A stretch of 38,393 nt of DNA from the NCBI GenBank assembly GCA_032718475.1, contig JAUCBJ010007744.1, positions 1-38,393 of the forward strand, in the 5' to 3' direction. Source of the stretch: Nemertoderma westbladi (Eukaryota; Animalia; Xenacoelomorpha). Each line of letters begins with the position of its first letter. The first letter of the stretch is position 1. Under the pieces are notes generated by a model. It searched no databases. It saw only the letters and a program-made list of their open reading frames with translations, and was not told where the DNA came from. A program made the position numbers and the translations under genes. This document shows positions 12,042-21,785 of this stretch, piece by piece.

Positions 12042-13216
12042 TGTAAAAGCTTTTGCGTCATTAACCGGTTATTTTCCCTTAAAGTACTCTGTAGTTGGTT
12101 TGCCAGGCATAAAAAGGCCGTGTCCTTGCTGTACTGGTGTTTTAGAGGACATAAAAGTCATTTCTTATGTATTTGTACTGTATTTGTACTTTAGAGGACA
12201 TAATCCACAATCTCGTGACGCGATAAGCTAGATACTCTTGAAAACAGTGTCGCTACCATGACGATGGCTAACAGCTGATATTGCCACGTCGACGTTTCTT
12301 TGTTTCTTTGTTCTCTCGTTGTTCGGTTGACCAATCAGAGCGTTTGTTGTCTCTGTGTTGGAGGTGTATACAGAGTAGTTCAGTGTTATGTTTTTGCCCA
12401 GAGCCTAAGAACCGGCTTTTGGCACCTCCGTGTTTTCAGTTTTTAGTCTTACACTAGTAGGCTTAATTATAAGGACATATATCCGTTATCATAACACAAC
12501 ATAACACACCATACCTAATCAAACAACCTGTGCATACTTTTATATTGTTATACTGCTATTTACTGTCAGTTCTTCATAATATGGTTGATGAATTATTATA
12601 TTTGGAATAACGATAAATAACCCCGAAAACCCAAGATTCTTGATATACCGAAGGTAAGAGAGAAAGGTTACATATAACGATTGTGACTTATGTTAAAGTG
12701 GTTTGAAGTGAATCTAATGTTATTTGATAGACCCTACATGAGTCGGTCCGTGTTCCTTTTATATGTGACTAAAATCAGTGAAGATCGGCAGATCAGTGTG
12801 CAGTATTGTGCAGCATTGTGTATGAGTGAGACTGATAACGAAGCATTTCCTAAAGAATGCGCCATATATGTGAATTGTAACTAAGCCATATCGTTGCGTG
12901 TAGTTTAAGTCATAGCTCTGTTTATATAGATAGAGCGCCACGTCCTAAAGGAACTGTTAATATTTCCCGAAGGTGAATAATATTGTCAGAGATTATATAA
13001 TACTGTCGGTCGAATAATACATTAGGCTTACATAGCAATACGATTAAGCTGTCGAAATCAATCTCCCGGGTATATCCAACGGGTGAATGATCGCGCACAG
13101 ATTGGTTTCAACTAGTGTAGTGAATCAAATACTTGTCAGAGGCTAAAAGCGATTTATTATCTAGAAGACATTCTAATTTGGCGGGTTAAACTGCCAAAGG
13201 TCTGAAAGCGCGAACA
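12042..13216 (+). repeat. 5' LTR
   Basis: Matches 23388-24562; the only difference I found is C12290 vs T23636. Confidence 0.97.
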
Positions 13217-13228
13217 ATAACGGATATA
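13217..13228 (+). promoter_or_regulatory. Primer-binding-site position, complementary to LTR 12478-12489 (candidate self-priming PBS)
   Basis: ATAACGGATATA is the exact reverse complement of TATATCCGTTAT; there is no TGG tRNA-type PBS after the LTR. Confidence 0.65.
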
Positions 13229-14716
13229 GCTTCTGTATTGCAGTAGGCAATAAAGCAGAAGTACCGGCAACCGGTACCAAGTAGGCCTGACTACCTAACC
13301 ACCCGGACCGGTACATATAGCAGTACAGGTACAGCAGTATTATTCGATTTTGATAATTATAAGCCGGTAGGTCTTAATAATTAATCGGGGACGCCTGGTT
13401 TTTATTGGGATTTTACTTAGGCCTATTTCTGTCAGTTTTATTTATTTGTAGGCCAGTATTGAGCAGAAGGCGTGTAAGCCCGCTCAGATTGTACAGATAA
13501 TTTGTAGGCTGGACAGTTGTCTGGCTGCTGTTGGGTTTGAGGAAATTTCGGTGTGTGTAAAGCATCTGTCCGATAAAGAACGGTTAGGAAGTAGGGGCAG
13601 CAAAAGCTGTAAGGTAAACCCCCATCTAAAGAATAAGTCGTACTACTGGGTTAGAACGCATACTACTTAACCATTTCGGAGTCTACATATACCGTAGTTT
13701 GTTTAGGCTTGATAGTAGTCTGTCAGTGTTTGGTCTGCATTTTGTTTGAATGGTCTGTACGCGTAGCGTAATATTTATTATTCAGAGTTTATGCGATTAT
13801 TCGCAACATTCATTCCCCAAGTTTATTCCTACAGTAATTGTGTTTGTTATACATACCGTTATAGTTAAACTAACCCCGGTACTATACGGGCTGCTCGGCG
13901 TAGGTAAAGACTGGTGATTTTGTGCACCGGTCACTCCAGCAGATACCGTGGTTCTTTTAGCTGTTCAAGTATTTTTAACTACTGATTATTTGTTACAAGT
14001 ACTTGTACCTAATTTAGGGTTTAGTGTACAGTACTTTCCGAAAGTAATTAGTGTAGGCATTATATTTGTGTTGTAAAGTGGTTGATAGGCACGTTCGATT
14101 AGCTCTATTAACTTCTAGGTAGGAACACTCCGTGATACATAACGTAGTACCTATAGCGATACGGCTATAGGTCGTCAGGCGGTGGTATTTTCCTATCTGG
14201 ACAACACAGTGTATTTTACTACTACTTATTATTTCAAATACCGTAGTACCCTGTCCGTTGTAATAACCAGATTTCTAACCCTTTGTTAGGCTGGTTTGTA
14301 GACTTCTTGTAAAATTACCCTGAAAATTCGTATTTTGTGTTTTTGTAAATTTTTGTGTTTATTTAGAGATTGTAATCTCACCCGAATTGTACGTAATTTG
14401 TAGTATTAAGTAACTTAGTTAAATTAGAATTATTTGTTTTAGTGTCCAACAAGTAGCACTCCACTGAGAGCGCACAGCTTCTGTGTAGTGACTCCCCCCG
14501 GAAATAATAACATTTATTTCAACATTGACAAAAACCCATTTCAACTGGTATATATATATTATAAATCAACTCAAACGATTTATAAATAGTAGGCCTGCCA
14601 TACAACAATTAGGTCTCAATATCAGTTGGACTACTGCTTAAATAACGGTAATAAAGTAAGTTAAAGTAACCAAGTAACCCTAAAGTTCAGAAATTCAATT
14701 ATTCTAAAATAATTGA

Positions 14717-14970
14717 TATACCGGTATTTACGATAGGCCTATTATAATATTTATATTTGTGCTGAAATCATACCGGTATTCTGTAATTAATTCCAGTTAA
14801 TAATTATACTTATATATACACTATAAGTGTAAACTGCATACCGGTATCCACGATAGGCCTATTATATATTTATATATATTTATGCTAAAATTATACCGGT
14901 ATTCTGTGATAAACCTAGTCTGTAATAATACTTATATAGTTATATATACTATAAGCATACCGGTATTCTA
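14717..14970. repeat. ~120-bp tandem duplication in the leader with five ATACCGGTAT palindromes
   Basis: ATACCGGTAT near 14719, 14770, 14838, 14893 and 14957; repeated CGATAGGCCTATTATA block. Confidence 0.75.
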
Positions 14971-15101
14971 ATATATTATATATATCACGATACACTGAGT
15001 AGCAGTATAGGTAATTAATTACTAGGCTAGCAGTTAATACTGAGTTACTAGACTTGCTCAGACTGTAATACAGCAGTAGACATTCAACTGTACACATAAA
15101 C

Positions 15102-18100
15102 ATGTCTGATACTAAGCAGAACCTGTCAGACAGTTTATTAGATGTAACTATCTGCGACTCAGATAGAGGCGTAGAACCGTCTAGTCGTAAGTTCAGTTCA
15201 CCTCCCACTGTGAGGAAGGTCATCCCTCCTGTAGTAATAACAGAACCTAGGCTGGTCCAACATCGTAGGTCTATCATAGGCACTCGAGCTCAGGTCAAGC
15301 GGGACCAAGAAGCAGCGGAACAGCAACAACCCGCGAGCCAAGAACTTATTTCTCAGCGGCCCGACAGCTCCAGTAGTGAAGATACGGTAGAACTGACACC
15401 CGAACGCGGAGCAAGGATGACGGATGCGGCTTATTCAGATCCCCTTCTCATCCTTCCTGCAGCCGTACTCACTAGGTTATTGATCGTGGTGGAAGAACAC
15501 CAGATCGATTGGGCGAAAAGTCAGCGATCAACTAGAGATAGTTATGCGGGATACACGAGGGAAGAACTGAAGTCTATTGTCGAGTCGCAATGGAACTTCC
15601 CCGGACCCGGACTCCCGTTTGATTTATCAGAAGCTGCCTGGGAAGACATACACCGGATGGGAGTAGCCAAGGAAACCATCGATCCAGCTGTATGGAAGAG
15701 GTCCGCAGCCGGATACGCACAAGGATTCTTCAGCTCTATGGAGCGAGTAGAAAAACAACTGTTTAAACAACCTCAAGGACCTCAAGAGCAGGGACAACTG
15801 CTTTATCAAGTTAGAGAAAGAATTCTGCGAATTAGGCTAATCTTATCAGCCTTTGAGGAGGCTTCTAAAAGAAGACAAGACACGTCGTTGCAAGTTGCCG
15901 TAAAGACTTGGTTTCAACGGGTGAGTCGCCAGGTTCAAGGAGCAGCTCAGTGGAAAGCTCAGCTGGAGGAGCGCTCAACCCATGGAGAATCAATGGACGC
16001 TACTTTTTCCCAAGTGGAAAGTGAAGCGACGGCAGAGAAACCGCATAAGAAGGATGCCATTGACATCTATCTGTCAGACTATCAGCGTTTTTTGGGAGAT
16101 GAAGAGTTGAGGAGAAGGCTAGATGGACTTAGCCCTAATAGTGAAGGAGCCCAGCGTGTGTTGGATGCAATAGATGTAGATAGGTTAGCGGCGAACCAAG
16201 CTAAATTCGATGAACAACTCCGCGTCGCTAGAGAACAAGAAGAACAAGTAAGGAAAAAACGTATAGAAGACAGAAAGATAGCAGCAGTGGCAGAGGCAGA
16301 AAGAAAAGCGACCTTGGCAGAAGCAGCGGCAGAGGCAAAAGCGGCAGCAGCAGAAGCCGAGGCAAAGGCAAAAGTGGCAGCAGCAGAAGCCGAGGCAAAG
16401 GCAAAAGTGGCAGCAGCAGAAGCCGAGGCAAAGGCAAAAGCGGCAGCAGCAGAAGCCGAGGCAAAGGCAAAAGCGGCAGCGGCAGAGGCAAAAGCGGCAG
16501 CGGCAGAGGCAAAAGCGGCAGCGGTGGCGGAAGCAGAACGGAGAGCGGCTGAAGAGATCACCCAACTGGAGTTGGAAAATCTTCAAGAGAAGCAAGACGA
16601 CTTCAGTAAACAGTTAACAGCTAGTAATATGCAGATGATGAATCGATCTACTCCCAAAAGACAGGGATATACATCATCTGAAGAAGGCGATACCACCGAT
16701 ACTGAAGGCAAAGGAAATAGATCTCGTCTAAGCAGACGTAAAAGAACATTCCACCGTCAGAAATTGCCTGATTTGCCTCCAGCTGTTAGAAGGCAACTAA
16801 ATAACACCAACTTAGGTAGTACAGAACCCACAGACCAAATAATTACAATAGAGAGACTCCCTACTATAGTAGATGAGCCCGAGATAGTTAGGTCTGTTCC
16901 CGAAGCCACCCTTTCAGTCGTAGAGACACCTGTACTCCCTGAACCTACCTCTCAATTCCCTTTGCACAGCACTAAGCTACCTGTGCCCAGCAGAACAGTC
17001 CGTGAGACAGTTCATGCCCTGGACTCCGAGCGAAATATCCATGATTTGTCGCCCGTTGTCCCTCGTCCGCCCGCTACAACGTTGGCGACTCCCGCTTTGG
17101 CGGTCGAATGGGTGGACGAGAGACGGCGGGGGATGGATCTCCTGCTCGGGCAGATGCAGGAGACGGTTCAGCAATTCAAGGGCACAGTAAGGGAAAGTAG
17201 GCTAGAGTTGCAAGAAGTGCAGCAAAGTATCGCGCTAGAACGCGATAAATTAGTAAATACACAAAGAGGTATACCACCACCCTCAGTAACAATGTGTCAA
17301 CCTGTTAGGTCTGAAGTATCTCATGCGCAAGGTGTGGAGCCTACACGCATATATACTGCTAGCGAAGTAGAAACTCCTATAGTGAACCCTATTAAGGGTA
17401 ATTATAGACCTGTTGATAATGACATTCCCTATAGACCTGATCATAATCCGAGAAATTTATATACCGATAACTCGATATTAAATAACACGATGGCCCAAGA
17501 AAGTTTTACGCGCCAAATGGCTAGAACCGAAGCCCGGCAAGCGGTAAAGGTGGGAGAGATCGTCAAGTTCAATGGAGATGAGATGAAATGGTTACCTTTT
17601 AATGAATATTACAAAGATAACATACAGAACTCTGTGCTATCTAATGGAGAGAAACTTAGATTCCTCATCGAGTGCTTGGAAGGATCTCCCAAGTTAATGG
17701 CGTTAAAGTTTATTGGACATCCAGACGGATTAAGACAAGTTTGGGATACACTAAACATCAGGTATGGTAATAGGAATAACATAGCTGGGTATTTGTATGC
17801 AAAGTTGGTAGCGCCCCGAAAGTTTATTAGCAACGGGATTATAGAGTTTTCCGATGAAATTCAGGAGATCTGCAGACAATTAGATTGGCTAGGTAAGTCT
17901 CATGAGTATCAGAGTGCTATGGTTATTAGAGCAGTGGCTTCTACTTTACCGAAGGGTGGAGTAGGTACACGCTGGGATAAGAAAGTGTTATATATGATGG
18001 AACAACAACGACGAGACCCTACCATGACTGATCTCATGTCATTCTTAGATAGAGAAGTGAAATTACAGCTCCTAAGGCAGTCCAGAGAGAAGACATTGGA

Positions 18101-20141
18101 AAACAAGGTAAGTGAGAAACCCGTTTCTAGGAGAAGGGTAACACCAATGTGTTATACAGACGACGGCGAAAGCCAAACCTCTCAAGGAGAGGACAGCGGG
18201 AAAGACACTGAAAGATCTTATTATGTCAATAAAACGCCTAAAGACCAGGTAAGTAAATCCAAGTCTCGACCCAATGACAGAAGGGAACCGGTACAAAAAA
18301 CCCCTCCTACGTCTCCTAAAAGAATTCAGGTGAGAAAGCCCGAGGAAAGAACAAGTGTGCACCACATAGCACAGGTTAAAGTAAGTAACATCAAGCCGAA
18401 ATGTGTGCTGTGCGACGGGCCCCACCGTTTAAATGCGTGTGATAAATTCCTGAGGAAATCACTAAAGGATAGACGTGAAGTCATGTGGGATAAGCGGTTG
18501 TGTTATAATTGCCTCAGACGAGGACACCAACGGCGAACCTGTTACTCCGACGCAAGGTGTGCAAAGTGCGGCGCAAAACATCATATCTTGTTGCACACGG
18601 AATTCGAACGAAACAGCCCGAGTCAGGTAAGTGAGTCCGAACTACATGTCCAATTCAGTGATGTGAACGACACTGATCAATCTGAGATGGAAGGATTCTA
18701 TACGGACGAGTTCTCCGACCAAAACGAATCCTGTTACCTAATAAACACCACCGCAGTGTATCGAGCACTCGTGCATGAGAAAGACACAGACAGCAACCTT
18801 ACCTTAACTACTTCTGATCAACAACCATCTTGGAAAGCGCCAACTTCCAATATAGGAATCCGAGAATTTCCTGTAGTCCAGTTACGGGTCCACGGACCTC
18901 AGAAGAGCTATATAGTGAACGCCCTCCTGGACTCCGGTAGCACAGGAACATTCATCGATAAAGAACTAGCCGAAGTCATCTTTGCTGGACAACCCAAGTT
19001 CCGAACCAAGCTAAACATGTCAGGGATCATGCAGGTTTGGAATTCTACTGTAGCTGCCGACTATTATATAGGTGAGTTGTCCACTCCACAGGATAAACTA
19101 GGAGAATACAGTATAAGGTCAGTCAAAATGGTGGCAATAAAGAACTTCGCTACCACCCAAGTGGAACCTTATAATTGGGACGAAGATGATCATGCCCAAC
19201 AACTTAACATTCCTAGATTCGACACCGATTATCCTGGAGTACAAATATTAATCGGTCAAAACGCGCATGAGGCGCTGGAGACATTGGAGAAACGACCTGC
19301 TCAACCGCAACCACTTCAGACCTATGCGGTAAGAACTAGAGTAGGTTGGTACCTTACTGGACCTTCCCGAAGAACGCTCAGAGAAAGACTGCTTCAAGAT
19401 CGCGTCTGCCAAGTGAGTGAATGGGAAGATGATACTAGTGAGGGAGACGACCCAACTGAGGGAACACCATACTCCTCAGATAATGACGATATTAGCTCCA
19501 ATGTAGATCAATGGAGATATTGCCCCAAGAAGTTTAATCCAACTGACATCGCTTCCAGAGGAGCAACTCCTCAAGAACTGACAGATACTACAGACCGGTT
19601 AGGTGAACCCGACTTCCTGAGTAAGGAGGATGAATGGCCTCCCCATCTTACTCCGACTGAGATTAGACCAGCCAAGGGAGCGGAGAAAGTTAAACCTAAA
19701 ACCCGGACGGGTGGAGCGGAGTTATTTGAACCCGGGATAGATCTGTCGGTATTACATATTGCCAGGGACGACGCCGTGGATCTGGACCTCCCCACCGCGA
19801 GTGGATCCTTCATGAAGATCAGAGAGAGCAATTGGAGCTCTGGAACATCAGACGTCTCGCAGGGACTCTCACGTCTCCTGCAGGGAGCGACGGACCACTA
19901 TAGCTCCTGGAATCGGCTTTGTAAGGTCGTCGTGTACTTAGAGCGATGTTTCTATCGTCACTATTCCAGGACGAAGAGGAAACCTGGAATTGTATTCGGG
20001 ATGCAGCGACTCAATCGCTCAGCTGGTCGTTTGTGTTTACCGGAAGGGAATGGAGGACTCTCCGGAAACTTTGGAAGGCAAGATTCTCTTCCCACGACCA
20101 CCTCCCTAATCCTTCACACATCTAGGGACTCCATAACGTAA
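15102..20141 (+). CDS. gag: Bel/Pao Gag-protease polyprotein with in-frame loss of RT, most of RNase H and integrase (1679 aa)
   Basis: DUF1759-like capsid region (KFNGDEMKW...EKLRFL); three knuckles CVLCDGPHRLNAC, CYNCLRRGHQRRTC, CAKCGAKHHILLH; protease LLDSGS, ILIG, TRVGW; RNase H tail WRYCPKKFNPTDIASRG; YSSWNRL; no YxDD, no integrase HHCC or DDE. Confidence 0.93.
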   Translation: MSDTKQNLSDSLLDVTICDSDRGVEPSSRKFSSPPTVRKVIPPVVITEPRLVQHRRSIIGTRAQVKRDQEAAEQQQPASQELISQRPDSSSSEDTVELTPERGARMTDAAYSDPLLILPAAVLTRLLIVVEEHQIDWAKSQRSTRDSYAGYTREELKSIVESQWNFPGPGLPFDLSEAAWEDIHRMGVAKETIDPAVWKRSAAGYAQGFFSSMERVEKQLFKQPQGPQEQGQLLYQVRERILRIRLILSAFEEASKRRQDTSLQVAVKTWFQRVSRQVQGAAQWKAQLEERSTHGESMDATFSQVESEATAEKPHKKDAIDIYLSDYQRFLGDEELRRRLDGLSPNSEGAQRVLDAIDVDRLAANQAKFDEQLRVAREQEEQVRKKRIEDRKIAAVAEAERKATLAEAAAEAKAAAAEAEAKAKVAAAEAEAKAKVAAAEAEAKAKAAAAEAEAKAKAAAAEAKAAAAEAKAAAVAEAERRAAEEITQLELENLQEKQDDFSKQLTASNMQMMNRSTPKRQGYTSSEEGDTTDTEGKGNRSRLSRRKRTFHRQKLPDLPPAVRRQLNNTNLGSTEPTDQIITIERLPTIVDEPEIVRSVPEATLSVVETPVLPEPTSQFPLHSTKLPVPSRTVRETVHALDSERNIHDLSPVVPRPPATTLATPALAVEWVDERRRGMDLLLGQMQETVQQFKGTVRESRLELQEVQQSIALERDKLVNTQRGIPPPSVTMCQPVRSEVSHAQGVEPTRIYTASEVETPIVNPIKGNYRPVDNDIPYRPDHNPRNLYTDNSILNNTMAQESFTRQMARTEARQAVKVGEIVKFNGDEMKWLPFNEYYKDNIQNSVLSNGEKLRFLIECLEGSPKLMALKFIGHPDGLRQVWDTLNIRYGNRNNIAGYLYAKLVAPRKFISNGIIEFSDEIQEICRQLDWLGKSHEYQSAMVIRAVASTLPKGGVGTRWDKKVLYMMEQQRRDPTMTDLMSFLDREVKLQLLRQSREKTLENKVSEKPVSRRRVTPMCYTDDGESQTSQGEDSGKDTERSYYVNKTPKDQVSKSKSRPNDRREPVQKTPPTSPKRIQVRKPEERTSVHHIAQVKVSNIKPKCVLCDGPHRLNACDKFLRKSLKDRREVMWDKRLCYNCLRRGHQRRTCYSDARCAKCGAKHHILLHTEFERNSPSQVSESELHVQFSDVNDTDQSEMEGFYTDEFSDQNESCYLINTTAVYRALVHEKDTDSNLTLTTSDQQPSWKAPTSNIGIREFPVVQLRVHGPQKSYIVNALLDSGSTGTFIDKELAEVIFAGQPKFRTKLNMSGIMQVWNSTVAADYYIGELSTPQDKLGEYSIRSVKMVAIKNFATTQVEPYNWDEDDHAQQLNIPRFDTDYPGVQILIGQNAHEALETLEKRPAQPQPLQTYAVRTRVGWYLTGPSRRTLRERLLQDRVCQVSEWEDDTSEGDDPTEGTPYSSDNDDISSNVDQWRYCPKKFNPTDIASRGATPQELTDTTDRLGEPDFLSKEDEWPPHLTPTEIRPAKGAEKVKPKTRTGGAELFEPGIDLSVLHIARDDAVDLDLPTASGSFMKIRESNWSSGTSDVSQGLSRLLQGATDHYSSWNRLCKVVVYLERCFYRHYSRTKRKPGIVFGMQRLNRSAGRLCLPEGNGGLSGNFGRQDSLPTTTSLILHTSRDSIT
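16281..16550 (+). repeat. Coding minisatellite (33-bp and 21-bp units) encoding AAAEAEAKAK repeats
   Basis: GCAGCAGCAGAAGCCGAGGCAAAGGCAAAAG(T/C)G repeated about 4 times plus shorter variants. Confidence 0.92.
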
Positions 20142-20677
20142 CAACATATGGAGTGGGTGTGTGACTCTATTATTTTATGTTATTTTTATATTTATGTATG
20201 TATTACTATGTAATTTTATTATAATCGTTTTATTTAATTTAGTAGAATCTTATTTAGCGATTATTTAGTAGAATAGTGCAATATATTCGTGTTTATTGCG
20301 TACGTAATTACTTATATTATATTTAGTGCGACGGCGAGAAATAATTATTTTCCTCCTTCCTTACTGTCCGTATTACATTACAAATACGTAACTACAGTAA
20401 GATGAAATGTCCGTACTTATTAAAGTACAATAAAGCCACTACTATATTCAAGTATTATTGGTAGGCAGAGTATTAGGAATGCAAAGTTCAGATCCTCGTG
20501 TCTCGGCTAAACCAAGCTCTGGGTAGACCTTGGAAACGACTTGCCTCTTCACACTGACATTGCTTCGTGCGATATTGCTCTCATACCGTATATTAAATAA
20601 TACATATAGTAGCGTGATGTCCCTTTAACAGTAGCGTATAACGCAAAATAAATCTGTTAAACCCTTTGACCATCTGT

Positions 20678-20955
20678 AATTCTAGTCGATTAAGATATCG
20701 CGGCACCCACCGATATACTTGAAAGACAAATTCTAGAATCAGTGGTTAACGTCCCCAGACAAGTTCTGGAATAAATCGGTGCCCATCTCAAATATTAATT
20801 ATTTAATATTTGCAAATCTAATCAATCAAAATCTGTAAAATTCAGATCCTTCAACAATTCTAGTCAATTAAGATATCGTAGCATTTACCGATATTCTTAA
20901 AAAGACAATTGTCATAGAATTAAGGATCTTGTGTCCCCAGACATGTTCTAGAATC
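20678..20955. repeat. Diverged direct repeat in the inter-ORF spacer
   Basis: AATTCTAGTC.ATTAAGATATCG...CCGATAT...GTCCCCAGACA.GTTCT at ~20678 and ~20857. Confidence 0.7.
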
Positions 20956-21597
20956 AAAATAATATGTCAATTTAATTATCAAATAATAAAATTTCAGGGA
21001 ATAAATTTAAATTCATGTCTCTTAATGAATTTAATAAATTGCCATTTTTACGCAATTTATAACATTCCCAAAATTCCATTAATTATTAGATCAAGGGAGC
21101 GGAGATTTATCTTATTATGCGTATGAGTGTGCGAAAGTCTCCCAAACATAGTCAATAGCCGATAAAATTCATAAAGTCATGTATAAAACAGGACATTGAC
21201 TATTAAAGAATTACTATTAAATAACATCCCAGATCTGTATGCATTGGAATTACCCTAATTCTACCGCTAGCTTTACATAATGTCACCATAGCAACAACCA
21301 CGCTAGAATTAGAATTGAGTTAAAAGAACAATAGAAAGCTTGTCCCCTTGAATAGCATAGGGAATAAATAGTGCACTGATAGTATCCAAGGATACATAAT
21401 AATACAGTGACATTCTGGAAGGCATTGACTAACGGACAAGTGACCCGAGTGTGTAATTTGTGACAAGTTGTGTGTGTGGTATTTGTGAGTTTATAGGCGA
21501 ATGTTACTACTAAGGTGTGTTTACAGTAGCGAGTCGCAATTGTGAAAGTAACCCTAACTCTCCAGTAAGAACCTGAGGTGTATCTAAGCCTTTGGGA

Positions 21598-21705
21598 CGG
21601 ACAGTCGAGTGACTTGTACCGGTTGTCGTTGTCGTTGTGCGGCTACGTCGTTGGCGAAAGTACAGCGGCGACGACACATCGGTGCTGAGGATCTCGCACT
21701 GTCCG
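21598..21705 (+). ncRNA. Long rod-like RNA hairpin upstream of ORF2
   Basis: 21624-21640 pairs with 21660-21676 (17 bp, 4 G-U); 21616-21623 with 21678-21685; 21598-21609 with 21693-21705 (one bulge). Confidence 0.7.
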
Positions 21706-21785
21706 GGGGCTGATTGGGGTAGGCAGCGACGCCCGCTCGCCTAAATATAAACTCATTATAATATGGATAAATTTATATAGCAGAT

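Noticed and set aside
12690-12941. Short ORFs duplicated at 24036-24287
   Set aside because: They lie within the LTRs; LTR identity explains the duplication and there are no coding hallmarks.
13217-13245. Canonical tRNA primer-binding site
   Set aside because: No TGG complementary to the tRNA CCA end near the LTR; an internal tRNA-fragment match was not tested.
16082-16595. Three antisense ORFs (Ala-, Cys- and Leu/Pro-rich)
   Set aside because: Shadows of the GCA-rich coding minisatellite in gag.
21650-21695. Possible hammerhead (CGAAA ... CTGAGGA) in the ORF2 hairpin
   Set aside because: No stem III with a UH cleavage site and no compatible stem II; the rod fold explains the sequence better.
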